From a virus (lineage: Duplodnaviria > Heunggongvirae > Uroviricota > Caudoviricetes), in IMG/VR virus record IMGVR_UViG_2576861478_000002: a DNA stretch of 19,268 bases. One strand, given 5' to 3'. Position 1 is the stretch's first letter, and the number at the start of each line of letters is the position of its first letter. Positions 17,756-19,268 of this stretch are shown here, piece after piece. Below the pieces are notes generated by a model. That model worked only from the letters and a program-made list of their open reading frames with translations, did no database searches and was not told the DNA's origin. A program made the translations under genes and the position numbers.

Positions 17756-17974
17756 ATGAATCATTTACTTAAATGTTCGCTCAATCAAAAAATACCAATT
17801 GAATTAATTTATTTAAACGGTTCAGGAGATTTCTCTCAAAGAACTGTGATTGTTAGAAAGATATATGAAGATCGTATATTGGTGTATTGCCTGAAAAAAC
17901 AACAAGTTAGAACGTTGAAATTAGCTAATATACTATCTGTTGATAAAGTAAGAGCAAAATATCAGCATGCTTAA
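17756..17974 (+). CDS. Small SOS-regulated protein, WYL/Sm-like (72 aa)
   Basis: LIY...G..SQRTV.V.......LVYC......RT.KL.NILSV pattern resembles WYL domains; GGGGGT RBS. Confidence 0.6.
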   Translation: MNHLLKCSLNQKIPIELIYLNGSGDFSQRTVIVRKIYEDRILVYCLKKQQVRTLKLANILSVDKVRAKYQHA

Positions 17975-17998
17975 AAATACATAATGAGGTGATGCTAC

Positions 17999-18295
17999 AT
18001 GTCAACAGCAATTCCAAAACCACCAAAGAAGAAAAGTGGCTCTAAAAAAGAACCTAGACCGTATATGGATGAATTCGAGCAACAAGAAGCTGCAGAATTG
18101 ATTCAGTATGCCAAACAGGATGATACAGAATTAGTTTTTACTGTATATAGAAAATATAAAGAACCAGATATTATCAAAGGGAAAATCGTTAAACTTGAAC
18201 AACAAATGGGTAGAATTGTTGTAAGTGTCGGATTCAATGAACTACATAAAATACAATTTATGGATATTTTAAAAGTTGGGACACCTAGTTATTAG
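17999..18295 (+). CDS. YolD-like family protein
   Basis: RPYMDEFEQQE..ELIQYA, KGKI.KLE and KIQFMDILKV motifs; under an SOS promoter. Confidence 0.85.
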   Translation: MSTAIPKPPKKKSGSKKEPRPYMDEFEQQEAAELIQYAKQDDTELVFTVYRKYKEPDIIKGKIVKLEQQMGRIVVSVGFNELHKIQFMDILKVGTPSY

Positions 18296-18309
18296 AACTG
18301 GGTGTTTTT
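18281..18309 (+). terminator. Intrinsic terminator, copy 2
   Basis: Same stem as 15511-15535. Confidence 0.8.
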
Positions 18310-18383
18310 ATTTGCTCATAAATCCACTGTCAAAGTAGAACTTGTCCATTAAGTTAGTTAAAATCCCGTTGAAATAAGCGAAT

Positions 18384-19268
18384 TTACCCATCGATAAACT
18401 GTTTGAACATACCTGTTAGTCCAACATGGTTATTTTCTTTACGTTTAGAAATATTGTGGATGTCTCTAAATCTATCGATGTAGTCATATACCATCGTTTT
18501 GAATGTATTAGTAAAATACCCAATAGGATTTTTCATAAGTGTCCCATTATGTTCAGCTTCATGAGTTTTAGAGAATAAAGCTACAGACGCATTAGCAAGG
18601 ATATTGTTAAGTACATCTTTTTCGGATAGTAAATGAAACTTCTTAGCAGCCTTTTTAGCGATATTCACAGCATTGCTAAATGATTCGTTAATAACATTTG
18701 AATCAAATGCAGTTGCTAATTTCATTCGCATAGATTGTGGAACACGATAGTCCATAAAATCATTATCATTGACATTAGATTGAGCCTCGTTACTATTACG
18801 TATATTTATATCTTTTATATTTTGTTTTAAGGTTTTAGTAGTTGTTTTATTGGTGTGACATTTTTCTTCATTTTTAATAGGTGCTTGTGTGACAACCTGT
18901 TCCTCCACAATAATTGGTTGAATAACAATCGCATTGCTTGTTTGTCTCATATCGCTTTTACGCTTCATTTCTAGCTGTTTAATAATACCTAAAGACTCTA
19001 GGTGTAGGCACACTCTAATAACCGTTCTACGGCTAATATTAAGGTCTTCAGCGATGTGTTTTTTCGTTCTGAAAGAAACGCCAAAGAACTTAGAAGAATA
19101 GTTGTGTAATTTATTTAATACAGCCAATTGAGTTTTATTTAACTGATCTACGAATTTTTCTTTATATGCACGAACAGTCTTGTTTAATTCATCGACTGTT
19201 TTAAATGTCGCAAGGTTTTCGTATGTTTCATTCCCCGCAATAATTGTAATTCCTTTTTTCTTTTCCAT
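18384..19268 (-). CDS. HTH-domain Rep-like phage protein, copy 2 (intact)
   Basis: HTH (HIAEDLNISRRTVIRVCLHLESLG) and MRQTSNAI motif; paralogous to copy 1. The replication role is inferred, not shown. Confidence 0.75.
   Translation of the reverse strand: MEKKKGITIIAGNETYENLATFKTVDELNKTVRAYKEKFVDQLNKTQLAVLNKLHNYSSKFFGVSFRTKKHIAEDLNISRRTVIRVCLHLESLGIIKQLEMKRKSDMRQTSNAIVIQPIIVEEQVVTQAPIKNEEKCHTNKTTTKTLKQNIKDINIRNSNEAQSNVNDNDFMDYRVPQSMRMKLATAFDSNVINESFSNAVNIAKKAAKKFHLLSEKDVLNNILANASVALFSKTHEAEHNGTLMKNPIGYFTNTFKTMVYDYIDRFRDIHNISKRKENNHVGLTGMFKQFIDG

Overview
Bacillus cereus-group siphoviral prophage or phage-plasmid segment (host inferred from protein families and AT-richness). Left (1-10855): HK97-type head module, head-tail joining genes, an apparent deletion of the central tail module, a broken multi-domain tail fibre gene with three local rearrangements, then XhlA, holin and amidase endolysin. 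Middle (11091-12726): a complete IS110 element. Its ends can be fixed from the sequence alone, because its left non-coding end folds like a bridge RNA whose loops match its own target and donor junctions. It inserted into an intrinsic terminator. Right (13194-19268): two diverged tandem copies of an accessory module (two small genes, a divergent LexA-box promoter, a cargo slot, a terminator and an HTH Rep-like gene). The cargo is a divergent recA in copy 1 and a small ORF plus yolD in copy 2. Several single-base stops and transversion-rich duplications suggest noisy assembly in places, so the tail rearrangements need read-level confirmation.
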